Assembly: GCF_018350175.1 (NCBI RefSeq)
Contig: NC_058368.1
Span: 223,016,001 to 223,080,000, forward strand
Direction of reading: 5' to 3'
Length of the DNA: 64,000 bases
Origin: Felis catus
Lineage: Eukaryota
Position 1 is the stretch's first letter. Every line of letters starts with the position of its first letter. Under the pieces are notes generated by a model. It was not told where the DNA came from. It searched no databases and saw only the letters and a program-made list of their open reading frames with translations. The position numbers were made by a program, and so were the translations under genes. Below are positions 12,244 to 25,967 of this stretch, in pieces.

Positions 12244-12345
12244 AAAATAAATAAATATACTTAAAATTTCCCATTTTGTGAGGATATTAGTCATACCATA
12301 CAAAAGTCCAACATAATTAACTCATTTTGATTGGGTTACCTCATT
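9854..12345 (-). mobile_element. MaLR (MLT1C-like) provirus: LTR 9854-10318, internal 10319-11734, truncated LTR 11735-~12345
   Basis: Two homologous LTRs (GTTCTGGAGG...GTCCAAGATCAAG...GGTTC); left LTR has TG...CA termini. PBS-like GATTTTGGTACCAAG (minus, 11720-11734); purine tract next to the left LTR. Confidence 0.85.
12026..12262 (+). mobile_element. CAN-SINE inserted in the MaLR LTR
   Basis: SINE body with long (CT)n; TSD ~AAAATTTCCC(T)ATTT. Confidence 0.92.
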
Positions 12346-13809
12346 TTAATTGGACAATTTAGTCACATCCATGAGATTAAAGGAGATGACTAAATTTTAA
12401 AGGAGATAAAGTTTTTCCATGAAAGATTTTCTTGTTATTTCTTTAGCATTACGTATTATAATGGTTAAATAATCCTCCGTAACTAACAGAGTTATCCTTA
12501 GTGTTTATGTTCAGACCCCTAACCATTAGATTTCTCTTACTCTGTCTGAATAGAAACTCATCTTGAAAGGGAATTCTACTTTTACTAGATATACTTATTT
12601 ATCCTATGGGTTTTACTTATTTATTGTGATATGATACTTCCATGTAAAATTTCAAATTGCCCAATTAACATCTAAAAAGTATTTTCCCATTTTGCTGAAA
12701 TGAATATTTTTTGGAAATTACATTTTTAATCATAATATTCTTTTTTATAATATTCCCCTTCAGTGGCTGTAATGAAAATGAACACTCTTTATCTTTTTTC
12801 TAAAGCCTCTCTTTTCAATTCCCTCTGTACATTTCCAGATGTTGTCTCTTTTTAACTTTTATTATTTCCTTTTCCACTATGTCATGTCCCGATATAATTT
12901 GTGTCCAATAAACCCTTCTGTGAAATTGCCTTCTAAACCTCAATCTATATTCCAATCTCCAGGCTTCAATAATTCAAAAAGCTGGCTGGATCTTTGTCAC
13001 AGGATGACCTCAAATCTATCATCTGCCACAAACTGAACTTGCGCATAACCATTCTTCTTCCTGACCTCACTTTCACTATCGATGTCACCTGGCTCAACCT
13101 TAGAGTCATGGAGACTCATCCATCTATCTTACACCATCACTTACATGCCATCACAAGTAATAGATTCTTCATGTAGCATCTTGAAACGCAACTTCATTTC
13201 CACATCCATTAATAAAGTGCTACTCTAGGTGCCTCTTACTTAGTATATTGTAATATTCTCCTCCTTTTTCTTCCTTTCTGTGATGTCACTCCACCTCACT
13301 CTTTCCTAGCAGCACCATCAAATTAATGTAATCAAATTTCATGGGCTGAGATTTCAAGATGTCTATTAGATACCTAGATCTAATTTTCTGTTTTCAAGAA
13401 ACATATTCTAGTTGGGTGACAGCTGCATAAATTTAAAGGTAATACTAATTATAAGTGCTGAAATAGAAACATGCATACTTAGATTATGAATGCAGGCAAT
13501 TCAGAATTTCTTCTTGGGGATTCAGGGTAAATTACATGGTGGAGATGGAAATGGAAGGTGAGTGGGAGTTCTGCTGGCTGATAAGCACATTCCAAATACT
13601 AGAAACGTCAAGTGCAAGTGCATTGTGGCATCTGAATATGTGGAACTTTAATGAGAAGCAGGTGGTTGTCAATGAGACAAAGCAAGCAGAGCCTGAATTG
13701 GAAAATACTCTAAGTTATCTAAAAGTTTGATGGAAATGTATGTTATAGTGCAAGGAGAGGAGTAGAGTGAGGCTGAAGGTAACAAAATTAATTTAATGCA
13801 CTCCAAAAG

Positions 13810-15750
13810 GGGACTTCCAATGTCAGTCGTAACAGGTGAAGAGGTTGAATTTTGTCAGTCTCACTCTTACAAGAAAAAGCTGAAGAAACCGAAAATTAAT
13901 AACTTTTGTTGGACTCATCAGAGAACTGGCATTACAGATCTCCATTACTCCAATATCTGCAGAGCTAGCTACATTCAGGGGGACACAGCTGAGATCTACT
14001 TATCTGAAACAGAAGTTGTTGAAGATAGAAACTATTTGGAGTACTTAAATAGTAATGTGTTTGATTTTTCGGAGGCTGAATCTGGACAATCTGTGAGAAA
14101 CAACTTGGAGCTCCATATTTAGGAAAACTTGCACTCTCATGAAATTTACACCAAAGAACCCTAACATGCTTTCATGATGAAGATGAGACAATGAGACTCT
14201 AGTGTGTCTGAACAGGGGAAAGGTGAGTAATCATTTTGAAATAACACTTGTGGCTTTCGCCAGGACAAATATATAGTCTGTGGGGTAAGATATTTTACCA
14301 GAACTCTATCCTTACAGAGGTAAGAAGTTTTTTTTTTTTTCACTCCAGCCTCATCTCACCTTCCTATTTCTCCCAAAAAAGAAAAAAAAATAAACATAGT
14401 CAACAAGTGTGTTGGTTACACCAAAGAAATAGATGGGAAATGCTGTAGCCAGTGAATGGAGTAGGAAATAATGGAAGAAAAAAAAACCCATTGAAGGAAA
14501 CTTGGTAAAGGACACAGCACAAAACACAGGTCCAATAAACTAATGAGATTTTATTGGAATATTATAGAACACTCTCTCTCTCTTCCCCCACACCTTACCT
14601 GCACACCAACATGGTTCTGCTGTAATAACCATAGATTATAGCTGAAAGACCTGTGAGACACAGTCTCTGTGGAAGAATGCTTAGGAAAGCCCACATTAAG
14701 AGGAGACAAAAAATAAGAAGACTAAAAACAATTTAAACTTTGTGCATGTATAAACAAACATTTCAACAACAAAATCATAACTCATGACAAAAGGAAAGAA
14801 GACAGTCTGACTAGACAAAGATGTCATCAAAGACTCAAAAAGAAGGCATCAGTTAGTATCAACAAATCAATTATTTAAAAATAACGGTGATTAATATATT
14901 CAAAGGTTCTAAGGGAAAAATCAGAAAAGATGTAACAGTAGGTGAATAATATAATAGAGATGGAAATTCTAAGAATAAAAGCAAAAGGAAATGCTAGAAA
15001 TTAAAAACACTGTAACAGAAATGAAGACCACCTGATCAGTAGAATGGAAATAATCAGGGATCTTGATGTACATCAGTAGAAACTCCAGACTGAAAAGTAA
15101 AGAGAAAAAAAGGATGGGGGAAAAAAGAAAAGAACATTCAAGAAATGTGAGACAATAATAAAAGGTGTAACATATGTTTAATTAGAAGACCAGAAGGAAA
15201 ACTAAGAGAGAATAGGTGAAATTTGGGAGGTAGTAATGACCTAGAACTTTCCAAAATTAATGGTTGACAGGAAGAGGAAGGAAGTATTTAACATGGTGCA
15301 AAAAAACAGAAAACAAAAACCAGGAACCTAAATCCTACTTTCCAAAGCTAAAGAGATCACCCTTCAAAAGTGAATGAGAAAGGACTTCCTCAGACAAATA
15401 CAATAAGAAGGAACTCATTGTCAGCAAACCTGCCCTACAGGAAATATTAAAAGATTCCCAGACAGAAGGAAAAGTATATAGATAAGAAAACTGGATCTAT
15501 ATAAAAGGAGATCTTTATCAAAGGAATAAATGGAGGAATTTTTTTTCATTCTTTATATAAAAATAATGGTCTTGTTAAAGCAATAATAGTAACCAATTTT
15601 AGCACATAAATGAGAGAAATGAGCAATATCACAACGCATGTGAGGGAGAAAGTGGAAATACTCTGGTATCAGCTGACTGCAGGGCCCTTGAAAATACAGT
15701 GCTATTTGAAAGTGGACTTAGTTAATTACAATGTATATTATACACTTTTT
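13810..15750 (+). mobile_element. Ancient L1 (L1MC/MD-like) 5' region and ORF1 relic
   Basis: A-rich; degenerate ORF1 hallmarks (AACTTTCCAAAATTAATG, CCCTTCAAAAGTGAA, AGCAAACCTGCCCTACAGGAAATATTAAAAG); no long open frame. Confidence 0.7.
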
Positions 15751-16093
15751 AATGACTGATAAAGAACTGAAGACAAATGGTAATTCATAGGCCAAGAGAA
15801 TATTAAGAATAATAGATTATGGTATATTACATAATAATCATCATCATAATAATAAGAAAATATTGCAAATATAAGAGTCTAAGAAGGATATAAAATATAA
15901 TTTACACTGAGGTTAGACTGGCTAAGAAAGAAGACAGAGAGGTAAAAGAAGATAACTGAGACTTTTTACTGGAAATTTCTTGATGCTCACCAATTAGCTA
16001 TTTTTCCTAAATCTCTGATCGTTGACCTGCCCACTCAAAAATGTTCAATGGTTCTCAGCTATTACATTGAGTAGTAGTACAGCACAACCTACC

Positions 16094-16479
16094 TGGAATG
16101 TTTAATTTCATGGGTCAGTGGGCTAGGCTATGGTGTCTAGGTATTTCATTTAGTGGCCACCATGAAGGTATTTTTTAGATAAGATATTTAAATCAGTGGA
16201 CTTTGAGTAAAGCAGATTGACTTCCATAATATTGGTGGGGCAATTCTAATCTTAAAAGAAACTTAAGAGAAACATAAACAAAAATAAAACAACAATACCT
16301 AAAACTGAGTCCCCTGAAGAAGAGAAAATTCTGCTTGTAGGCTGTCTTTGAACCCTTCCCTAGATCTGCATCTTGTCATCCTGTCCCATAGATTTCACAC
16401 TTTCAGCCCCCAAAATGGCACGATCCAATCCTTTAAAAAAAAATTCTCTCTTTCCCATTGTCCCTCTCTCTCTCTCTCT

Positions 16480-16522
<43 letters not shown>

Positions 16523-16536
16523 ACTAGTTCTGTTTG
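16094..16536 (+). mobile_element. ERVL LTR (MLT2D-like) containing (CT)n(CA)n
   Basis: TTAATTTCATGGGTCAG...GGACTTTGAGTAAAGCAGATT...CTAGTTCTGTTT; homologous to 5806-6215. Confidence 0.75.
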
Positions 16537-16746
16537 TGTAGATAAGTACCTTTCATGGATTATGTCCAAGTATTTTCATGTAGATGCCTCAGATTTTGCC
16601 AAAATGTGTTATTTGAATTTCCCATACACACTCAATAACAAGAAGGTCGTTTCCACTGAATCTATTTCCCAATGTGCTTTCCACCAAGACTAGCTCTCTA
16701 TATTCTTGTAATTTCTCAAGACCATTCTGAAATATAATTTATCCAT

Positions 16747-16855
16747 GGGATGCCTGTCTGGTGATTTGGAAGAGCACGCGACACTTGATCTTGGGGTCAT
16801 GAAATTGAGCCCCACATTGCGTATAGAGATTACTTAAAAATAAAATCATAAAAAA
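16747..16855 (+). mobile_element. Short old carnivore SINE (SINEC_b-like)
   Basis: GGGATGCCTG...CTTGATCTTGGGGTCATGA...GAGCCCCACATT...AGAGATTACTTAAAAATAAAATC. Confidence 0.8.
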
Positions 16856-17029
16856 TATATATATATAATTTTCCCTGATCCATTGCGATTCACCCAAAAA
16901 TGTATTGTTTACCTAGTATACAATTATACGGTCCAATATAATTTTTAAAGCATTGTATATTCTGTAAGGTATTATTAATAATTTAACTATCTTTCTATCA
17001 TTAAACTTTAGATATTTTGCAAAAATTTC

Positions 17030-17536
17030 CAAGGAGGCTGAAAAAACGCCTCCCAAAATATATTCTCATCATTACCTCTAGAAATTGAGAATGCTGTTTC
17101 ATATGGAAAAAAGAAACAGGCAAGGGGGAATCTTTGCACGTCTGATTAAGTTAAAGATATTGGGATGGATAGATTATTCTGGATAATAAAGTTGGGTCCT
17201 AAATGCAATCATATATAACTCTAGAAAAGGAAGAGAAATGAGATTGTACACACACAGATGAGAAGGCGCTGAGAATGGAGACTTGAAGAAGTTGGCTTGA
17301 AGATTGGGCTATCATAAGCCAAGGAATTCTGGCAGCCATCAGAAGTCAGAAGAGGCAAGGGACAGATTTCCTTCTAGATCTTCCAGAGGGGGTATGACCC
17401 TGCCAACACTTCAGCTTCGGACCAGTGATAACAATTTCACATTTCTGACCTCCAGAATTAAAGAGAATGAATTTCTGCTATTTGAAGCCACCATGTTAAT
17501 GGAAATTTTTTGCAGCCACCATAACAAACTAATACA
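17030..17536 (+). mobile_element. MaLR solo LTR (MLT1D/E-like)
   Basis: GATTAAGTTAAAGAT...AAGCCAAGGAA...AGAGGCAAGG...CCTGCCAACAC...TCTGACCTCCAGAA...AACTAATACA. Confidence 0.85.
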
Positions 17537-18101
17537 CCAGTGACATTCATTTTACTCTTTCCAGTCTTTCTGGGGTCTGCCTAATTTCTGTTCTTGGGTT
17601 CTATGCTTCCTCCCACAATACAACAATTTCACACATCATACTTTTATCTAAAGTTATATTCTGTTACTAACAACTGATGCAAGTCTTATTAATATACTAC
17701 ATGAATCCAATTTGAGTAATTTAATAAGGAAACTATACATTATATACAAGGAATATTGGATAAGGTTTAATAGAAGTTGGGTCATATAAATTTCTTTGGT
17801 CAAAAAAATGTGAGTGGATGTGACATGTGTCTTTTACGAGCAGAAGCTTGAAAGTATCACATGGTTGGAATCTTTCTACTTCCATCTTCAGCAAGGCCAG
17901 AATATACCAGACAGGTACAGCACCTCTTTGATCCCAGATGAGGAGAGCCATAGATGACTCAAGGAGATACAATACGAGCTAAACAAAAGAAAAACAAACC
18001 TGCTGATGCAAGTTTCTTGTTTGGTTGACCTATGCTTCTGTCTCTTACTGCATGTGTGCGTGTGTGTGGGGGGGGGGGGTACCGACATCTTCTAGTTCTT
18101 T

Positions 18102-18300
18102 TTTTTTTTTTTTTTTGGGACAGAGAGAGACAGAGCATGAATGGGGGAGGGGCAGAGAGAGAGGGAGACACAGAATCGGAAACAGGCTCCAGGCTCCGAG
18201 CCATCAGCCCAGAGCCTGATGCGGGCTCGAACTCACGGACCGCAAGATCGTGACCTGGCTGAAGTCGGACGCTTAACCCACTGCGCCACCCAGGCACCCC
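18102..18300 (-). mobile_element. Young CAN-SINE with shortened tail
   Basis: TSD TCTTCTAGTTCTTT at 18088-18101 and 18301-18314. Confidence 0.96.
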
Positions 18301-19770
18301 TCTTCTAGTTCTTTATCCACATATTGAAGCAAGACTGAATAACAGCAGTTCATTTTCGTATCACATACATTTCAAGACACATTGAGGTACTGTTTCTGAA
18401 TCCCAAATTCAAATATTCAGATTTTTATTATTGAGGGTCTTGTTTCAACATTTCCCAAGTCCAATCAACTATGACCAGTTGATTGTCTTCAAACATGACT
18501 GCTAGGCCTCTTCCTTTACACAAGATCAATTTTGAAAATAGAATTAATGGTCATATGTTGGATAAGCATCCTGAAAAGTATTTACTACATTTGCATTGAA
18601 TATGGTGGTCCAGGGAAAAAATATAGTACTGTGTCTAATCAATCTTTTAAAAAGCTTTAAGGTTTATTTTATGAGATTTTACACTTTTTCTTAACTTCTC
18701 TTTAAGTCAATACATTAATGTTAGAGCAATCACTAAGAAAGTTAGTAATACTATTTCTGTTATATCACGACTGGCAAACCTGCATTTTGTTTTTGAAAGT
18801 TACTAAGGTGATAAGCTGACTGTAAGCAGAGTTCTGTTCCTGTAAGTAAAGTATTTTGATTTGTGTCAGGAAGAGAGAAGTTCATGGACAATGAATTTTG
18901 CCCTTTAGTTGTTTCAAAAGACATGATTCATCAATATATGATGGTCTATATATTGATTCATACCAAAGAAACATGTCAGAACACTGCAGTACTGTGAAAA
19001 TAAGCTCAGTGGTAGCCCACATTTGGACAGTTTAAGCCTGAAGTATTTTACATATCACAGAGAAACTCTATTTTAAACTTTCACCATATATATCTCTCTT
19101 CTGATAGAAGAATTCCTTTGTAGTTTAGAGACATTTTAGCCAAGTTTTCTTAAAAATAATAGCACTGCATTTTTGTATACTGTCTTCAAAAAACCTTCTG
19201 TCATATTATCTTCTTTTTTTTTAGTTTTCAAAACATCCTTATTAGATGAATAGTTGAATTATTAATCAATATAGATAAGAGTTATTATCATCAGAGCTCA
19301 GAAAAAATTAAAAGGCTATTAGAGACAGACCTAGAAGTGACTTTACTTGAAGAAAACTTTTACTGGGGTAGATAGAGTAATACTGAAATGCCCTTCTAGG
19401 CACGCCTGTTGGAAAGAATATAGTGAATTGAAACTTATCTGGAGGCAGACTCTTGGAGACTGGTCATTTAGGGGAGGTGAGGACAGTCCCTCCTCCCATG
19501 GAAGAGAATGAAAATCCATAAAACACTTTTAGGACAGAGTGGTGACGTCACCTTTGATTTGGGCCACAGCCAATGGGAAAGTGTAGAAAGAGGGTGTCTT
19601 ACAAAGGGGTTGTGATACCAAGGCCGAGGAGCAGCAGAAGTCCTTAGGGATGTAAGAAAATTAAGGGGATCGACTAGAGTGGTCTTAGAGTAGTGAATCC
19701 AGTACAGCGTTCAAGGAGAAGTTTCTGTCCCAACATCAGAAGTGATGATTGATCCTGTAGACTGAAAAAT

Positions 19771-19817
19771 ACACACACACACGCACACACACACACACAC
19801 ATGCAGACACACACACA

Positions 19818-19872
<55 letters not shown>
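19771..19872. repeat. Compound (CA)n(TA)n microsatellite
   Basis: Seen directly. Confidence 0.95.
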
Positions 19873-19989
19873 ACGCCTGGTATATGTGTTCATGCGGCAA
19901 TCTTTCTCATCCAAAGAATGGTCTCTATTGAAATTTTAATGAAAACACTGTAATTGTAGAATAAGATGAATGTAAAATATGAAAACACT

Positions 19990-20204
19990 TTTTAAAACAT
20001 TTACATATCTATTTTGAGAGACAGAGAGAGAGCTTGCACAAGTGGGATAGGAACAGAGAGAGAGGGAGAGAGAGAGAATCCCAAGCAGGTTCTGAGATGT
20101 CAGTACAGAGCCCGATGTGGGGCTCAATCCCACAAACTGTGAGATCATGACATGTGCTGAAATTCAGAGTCAATGCTTTACTGACTGAGCCACCCGGGTG
20201 CCCC
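19990..20204 (-). mobile_element. CAN-SINE (older)
   Basis: SINE body ending CACCCGGGTGCCCC; flanking GAAAACA repeats. Confidence 0.92.
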
Positions 20205-20410
20205 GAAAACATACTTTTATATTTGTTTCTCTCAAATAAATTATGAAGGTGTAAAAATCAAATTGTGAAAGAAAGCCACCCAAAACCTATTTAAACATAT
20301 ATTTTACATATAATATGAATATACTATAGTGTATGAAACTTTTTATTCCAAAGAAAATATGACGTCAAAAATAGGAAATTGCCTAAAAAGCTTAAAAGTT
20401 TTTCAACACA

Positions 20411-20626
20411 GGGGTGCCTGCGTCGCTCAGTCAGTTAAGTGTCTGACTTCGGCTCAGGTCACGATCTCACCATGCACAAGTTTGAGCCCCACATTGGGCT
20501 CTATGCTGACAGCTCAGAGCCTGGAGCCTGCTTTGGGTTCTATGTCTCCCTCTCTCTTTACCCTTCACTGGCTCACACTCTGTCTCTCTATCCCTCTCAA
20601 AAATAAATAAATATTAAATTTTTTAT
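20411..20626 (+). mobile_element. CAN-SINE
   Basis: SINE body; TSD ~AAGTTTKTCAACA. Confidence 0.93.
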
Positions 20627-21649
20627 AAGTTTGTCAACATAATTTTAAGAAAACAACTATATATGTGTGTGTATATATAATGTATATAATATACATATAT
20701 ATGTATGTATACTATATATATGTACTGTTACACACACAGAATTATATAGTTGAGCCAAATGTTTCATTTTTAGTTACATTTACTCTTGTGCTCTTTCTGA
20801 ACCACAAATTTTCCTCTTCATGGCAAACCAACTTTTCAAAAACAACCTCTCTAACACATTCCTGTGTTGTATACACAGGAGGTCTCTCATTTATTTTATG
20901 TATAGCCTTTATTTTTATACTTGCCAACACAGAATTCATAACATTCCCCCTTAATAGAATGTAGATAATAGATAATAGATTACAAACCATATTCCTCTTT
21001 GTAAACGCAGTTTGTAGCCCCAGTGTGTTTGCTGAAAACTGCCCCCAAACTCCCAAATATGTATATTAGCCACTTGACATTAATACAGAGATCATTACAC
21101 ACAGAATTCTGTCTCTAATATTTCAGATATCATAAAACCTTTTCCTTATGTTGTGTGCCGGATACTGTGAGGTAAGGAGTAGGTATCAACCACATGTTTC
21201 TGCTTCAAGGACATCTCCTTGGTTTTCTGCTGTTCCAATATGTGTTCATGGAGCACCACCTCTGTGGCAAGCAAACCTTGGGACTTGGGGTATATCAGTA
21301 AACCAAACTGACAGAAAACCCTGCCTCCACAGAACCTGAATTCTATACTTTTTCACCAAAATACAACTTGAGTTTTCACTTTTTTTTGCTGCTATATAAA
21401 CCTAATTTAAATGCATCTTTTTGTAGAATTAGGCGAGGATAGAAGTATAGCTTAGCAAAGAGTGAAATATATAGGTACATCTGAGCCGTAAAAGAGGAGA
21501 AGGATTTAGGAATTTTTCTGAATGTGATCTCTTCTAATCCTCACAGAAAGTGAATTTTTCACTAAGGAGATTGGTATTCAAGGTGATGTTACACAGGTTA
21601 TATTAGATGTCACTAAGTTAGAGCCCCTTTTTTCTTTAAATTTGGCTTC

Positions 21650-21859
21650 TTTATTTTTTAAATTTTTTTAATGTTTATTCATTTTTGAGAGAGACAGAGC
21701 ATGAGTGGGGCAGGAGCAGACAGAGAGGAAGACACAGAATCCAAAGCAGGCTCCAGGCTTCAAGCTGTCAGCACAGAGCCCAACGCAGGGCTCAAACTCA
21801 GAACTGCGAGATCATATCCTGAGCCAAAGTCGGACGCTCAGTCAACTGAGCCGCCCAGG
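21650..21859 (-). mobile_element. CAN-SINE lacking the first few 5' bases
   Basis: SINE body and tail; ends at GCCGCCCAGG. Confidence 0.92.
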
Positions 21860-24648
21860 AGTAAATGGAGAGACCTGCTGTACTTGTGCTCTCCTTTTTT
21901 ATGTCAATTTAAAATACTCTATCTTACACATTTCCTATTGATCAAGTCACAAAAATACAAACGGACCTTCTCAGCAAACAAATATTCTTCTTCTTTATCA
22001 TAATTGGGTCTTTCTTTCCTCCTCACCTTCAAATACCTATCTAACCCTTCAGTAGAACTTGTTGGTTCTCTGGACATTTCTTCCCAACAACACTGGTTTG
22101 CCCTCTCAGAAAGAGTATATTCATTATATTTTGTATTTCTGCATAAAATAATGTTTAAGTACACATTTATATTTAAATGAATGGATGTTGTTAATGATAT
22201 GCAAATTTATGTTTCTTTTACTAGTTATCACAAATATAATATTAAAGATGACATTTTTCTCATTATCACTATTGGTTTGTATTTCAAATTATTTAAACAT
22301 ATGACAATAAATATGAATGCAAAATATAGTTTGTATATTTGAATATGTAAGCACAGATATAGGTGTTATTACTACCATGAAACTTCAATAGCTCATAACT
22401 TTATAATATGAAAGACTATATAAAATACTCTATAATGACTAGAGAGTACTATATGTAATAATTCCCACATTTAAATACTTTAAATACTTTTGTAAGACTA
22501 AATACCTTTCAGACATATTGTAGGGAATAAATACCTTCTATTCATGTAGGAATAGAGAAATGTGTTAATAGTCTTACAAGACATAAGATGCTTTTAAAAT
22601 TGTCTAATGTTTGCATTCGGTGTATAATTTGTATGTGATACCATTTCATATGGTCAATAGAACAACCTAAAACAGTGGTAATAAAGACAAATCCTTTATG
22701 GGGGATTAATTTAGTGAGCCTCAATATAAATCAAGGCATTTAAATGATCATTGATTATTAGGCAAGTGGCAATTCAATATTAAGCAACCACATGAAGAAA
22801 CTGTGGCTATCAAATAAACACATTTCTGGGACTCAAAAATTGTCTTGATTTTAGGAATTCATAGTTTCTCAATATTTCGGTGAAGTATCTGTTCCCTTTT
22901 TTATTGACTACTTGATGGTATTCAATGAAATACGACATTTTGCAGACCATTACTAAGGAATCTGTATCAGTCCATGAATAGCATTTGAATTTTTCAAATT
23001 CTTCACAAAGAGCCACAGAGAAACAGCAAGGCAGGCTAAAGAAAAGTGATTTCTTAAGCTTTCGAAGGCATACATCTAATGACTCAGTTTAAACCAGTAG
23101 AGTGTGGGTGTTATGTTTGCTGGTGACCAAGCTGCATATTTATGGATAGTGTTCCCTGAAGCTATGAAACCAGGAACATGTGGAGCAGAATTGTGTAGAG
23201 ATTATTTTACAGTGCGGAGAAGAATACGAAAAATTATTTTACTCTTTCCATTTGTGCTTTTTTGTAAAATCTTTTTTTTTTCCTCTCAAGCTTTATTGTG
23301 GGAGGGGTGGGGACTAAACAATGATATTTCTAAGCTTTCTGCTGACAGTGAAGTTACACTAATGGTGATGGACCTCTTTTCAACTTAGATTTAGGGTTTA
23401 TAAGAAGTATAGTATACACCATGATAGAACCAATGGTAGCAAAACACTTTTGAACCTTCAGTTCTGTTGTTTTATTTTGAATTTTTAAGCTAATTTCACT
23501 TTCCAGAACATTTTACATCAGCTTAGTAGCAGGAGAAATTTAGCCTTGCTATTCAGCATGGACTTTTCAATGATTCTGTTTTCTGTATGATCATCAGAAT
23601 TTTCCTCTCTTAGCCGGAGACCTGCTGAGATGTGTATTTAAGTGCAGGAGTGCAATATTAGCTTCATGTTGCAGGAAGAGAAAACTGTAGCTTTTCGTGT
23701 TTTAAAGTCTTTTCTTCTAGGATGCTGATTGCAAGCTAATGGGTGATAATTTCCATCTGGTTGTGCCTTGCACCTGCTTTACTCCCCCATTTTCATCTTT
23801 CTGTTTGAGGAGGAAACATTTTGCTATTTCCTATAAGAATGGTTAATATCTACTGTACTAATACAAATAGTAACAAACATTGTGGGCTTACATAGTTTCC
23901 AACAAAACAAGCTTTAATTAAAAAGCAGCTGAAGTCATGAATTTACACTTTAACTAGCAAACACATATGCAGAATTTCTGTGAGTTTATTTTGTTTAATC
24001 TCTTCCTAATGCGTCAACGAATTGGAAACTCTTGAGAAAGATTTCAAAATAATTTACAAATAAAATCAAGTTGTAGTTATTTTTCTTGCAAATAAGTGCT
24101 TTTGGAAGTATTACAGAAACACCTGGGAGAATAACACAGAATTGCACAAATAAATGATGTTCCCTTCTTGTAAGTACAGTGTGCTTTGCACACATAAAAC
24201 ATTAAAAATTCCCAATTGACTTTACATGTTAGATTCGGTTGTGGAGGTTGTGGGAGAGTATTTCCAGAGTTCCATTCATGAATGCACAATGATGTTGTAC
24301 AGAAAACTCTTGTGATTATATATCAACTACCTATTTGTTTGATGGGCAGTGACACCCAACATGAGTTTGAAATATTTTTTTCATATTTTATATTAAAATC
24401 CAAATTTGCTGTATCAATGGCATTGAGGAAGACAGTCAATATAGGAGGTAAATAATGATTGTTTCAATATTGAATGGTGCAATCCAAGGAAAACCAAGAA
24501 GTAATTATTGCAAAGGTGTTGAATAAAATATGCTCTCTTCAGTTGAAATCTCTATTTGTTTATAATTGGCTAGAGCTGATCCATTTTCCATTAATACCAT
24601 ATTAATGGTATTAATACTAATCAGGCTATTCTCTCTAATGTGAAATAA

Positions 24649-24655
<7 letters not shown>

Positions 24656-24698
<43 letters not shown>
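24656..24698. repeat. (CA)n microsatellite
   Basis: Seen directly. Confidence 0.97.
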
Positions 24699-24700
<2 letters not shown>

Positions 24701-25131
24701 TCATGCCCAGGAAGACCTGAGTATATTGCATTGGTAATATTAAAACTAGATGCAATTATGCTATAGTAATGAAACAAACAAACAAAAATACTAGCTACTT
24801 ACCACTTTGTGATTCCATGATCAATAACTGTATGTTTTCACATTACATGGACTTCTTGCTCGGCTTCATATGCAGCATCTAGCTCAGTGCTTGGCCTAAT
24901 GGTAGTTGTGAAATACATATTTGGGAAAGAATGAATGTATATTTAAAGAGCATGCTTTGGCTTATTGTAAATTAACCTAAGTTTACATGTACTTCTCCCT
25001 CTGAATGTCAATGTATGCTCTACACCTTAAAAGTACTGTACATTTTCTCTCTGGTTTTGTGCCCACTCATTCATTCATTCATTCATTGGTTCTTTCAGGA
25101 AATATTTATACATGATAGATGACAGGTAGAT

Positions 25132-25167
<36 letters not shown>
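25132..25167. repeat. (GATA)n microsatellite
   Basis: Seen directly. Confidence 0.95.
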
Positions 25168-25967
25168 CATAGGTAGGTTTATCAGATTTATGGAGTATAT
25201 CTCTGGAGCTTTGTAAGAGCCCAAACAATGTAAGACAGATGAGACACATAATCAGATACTTATATTGTGGTTAGAGTTAAAAACATTTTGAGTAAATTAA
25301 TGAAGTCTTAAATTCAGTTACTGAGCAAACAGACAATGTGTATGAAAACCTGTCACAGAAGTGTTTAAGATGTGTTTCAGAAGGGCCTGGATTTATGGAA
25401 AAGAGATATCTATCTGTCAAAGGAAGCAGTGCAACAGGATACAAAGCTTGTCTTAAGTTTTGTTCCAGAGGGAAATAGATGTAAAAGTGAAGTGATTTCA
25501 GCCAAGGAAACTTCTTCCTAATAAACAGATCTGTCCAACATACGCTAGTGTTACATGTCTTCCCGTACTCTGCCAGAAAAGTTTACATCAGAAATGAGAG
25601 GCTATGTACAATGATGCCTAAGAAGGAGACAGGATAAATCTGATCATTTCTAATTTCAAACTGAAACATTATGAGCTCATTATACAGAGCACGGCTGTGA
25701 GAAATACTCGTAGGCAATATGTTAAAGTCCTGCACTGATCATTTATTGATTGATTTGTTCATTCAATAAATATAAGTTACAGGTTTAGGATGTAAAAAGG
25801 GAAAATTATTATTACAACACATGTTAACGGTTAGACACTGTCTGAGATATTGGACAAATGGGAACAGAGGAAAGGTCATTTCTGCCAGGGAGAAACACAT
25901 GTGTACAGAGAGAGAAGCTTTCTATTTTAAGCTTTCTATTTTTACTTATATTTTTAAACCATATCTT

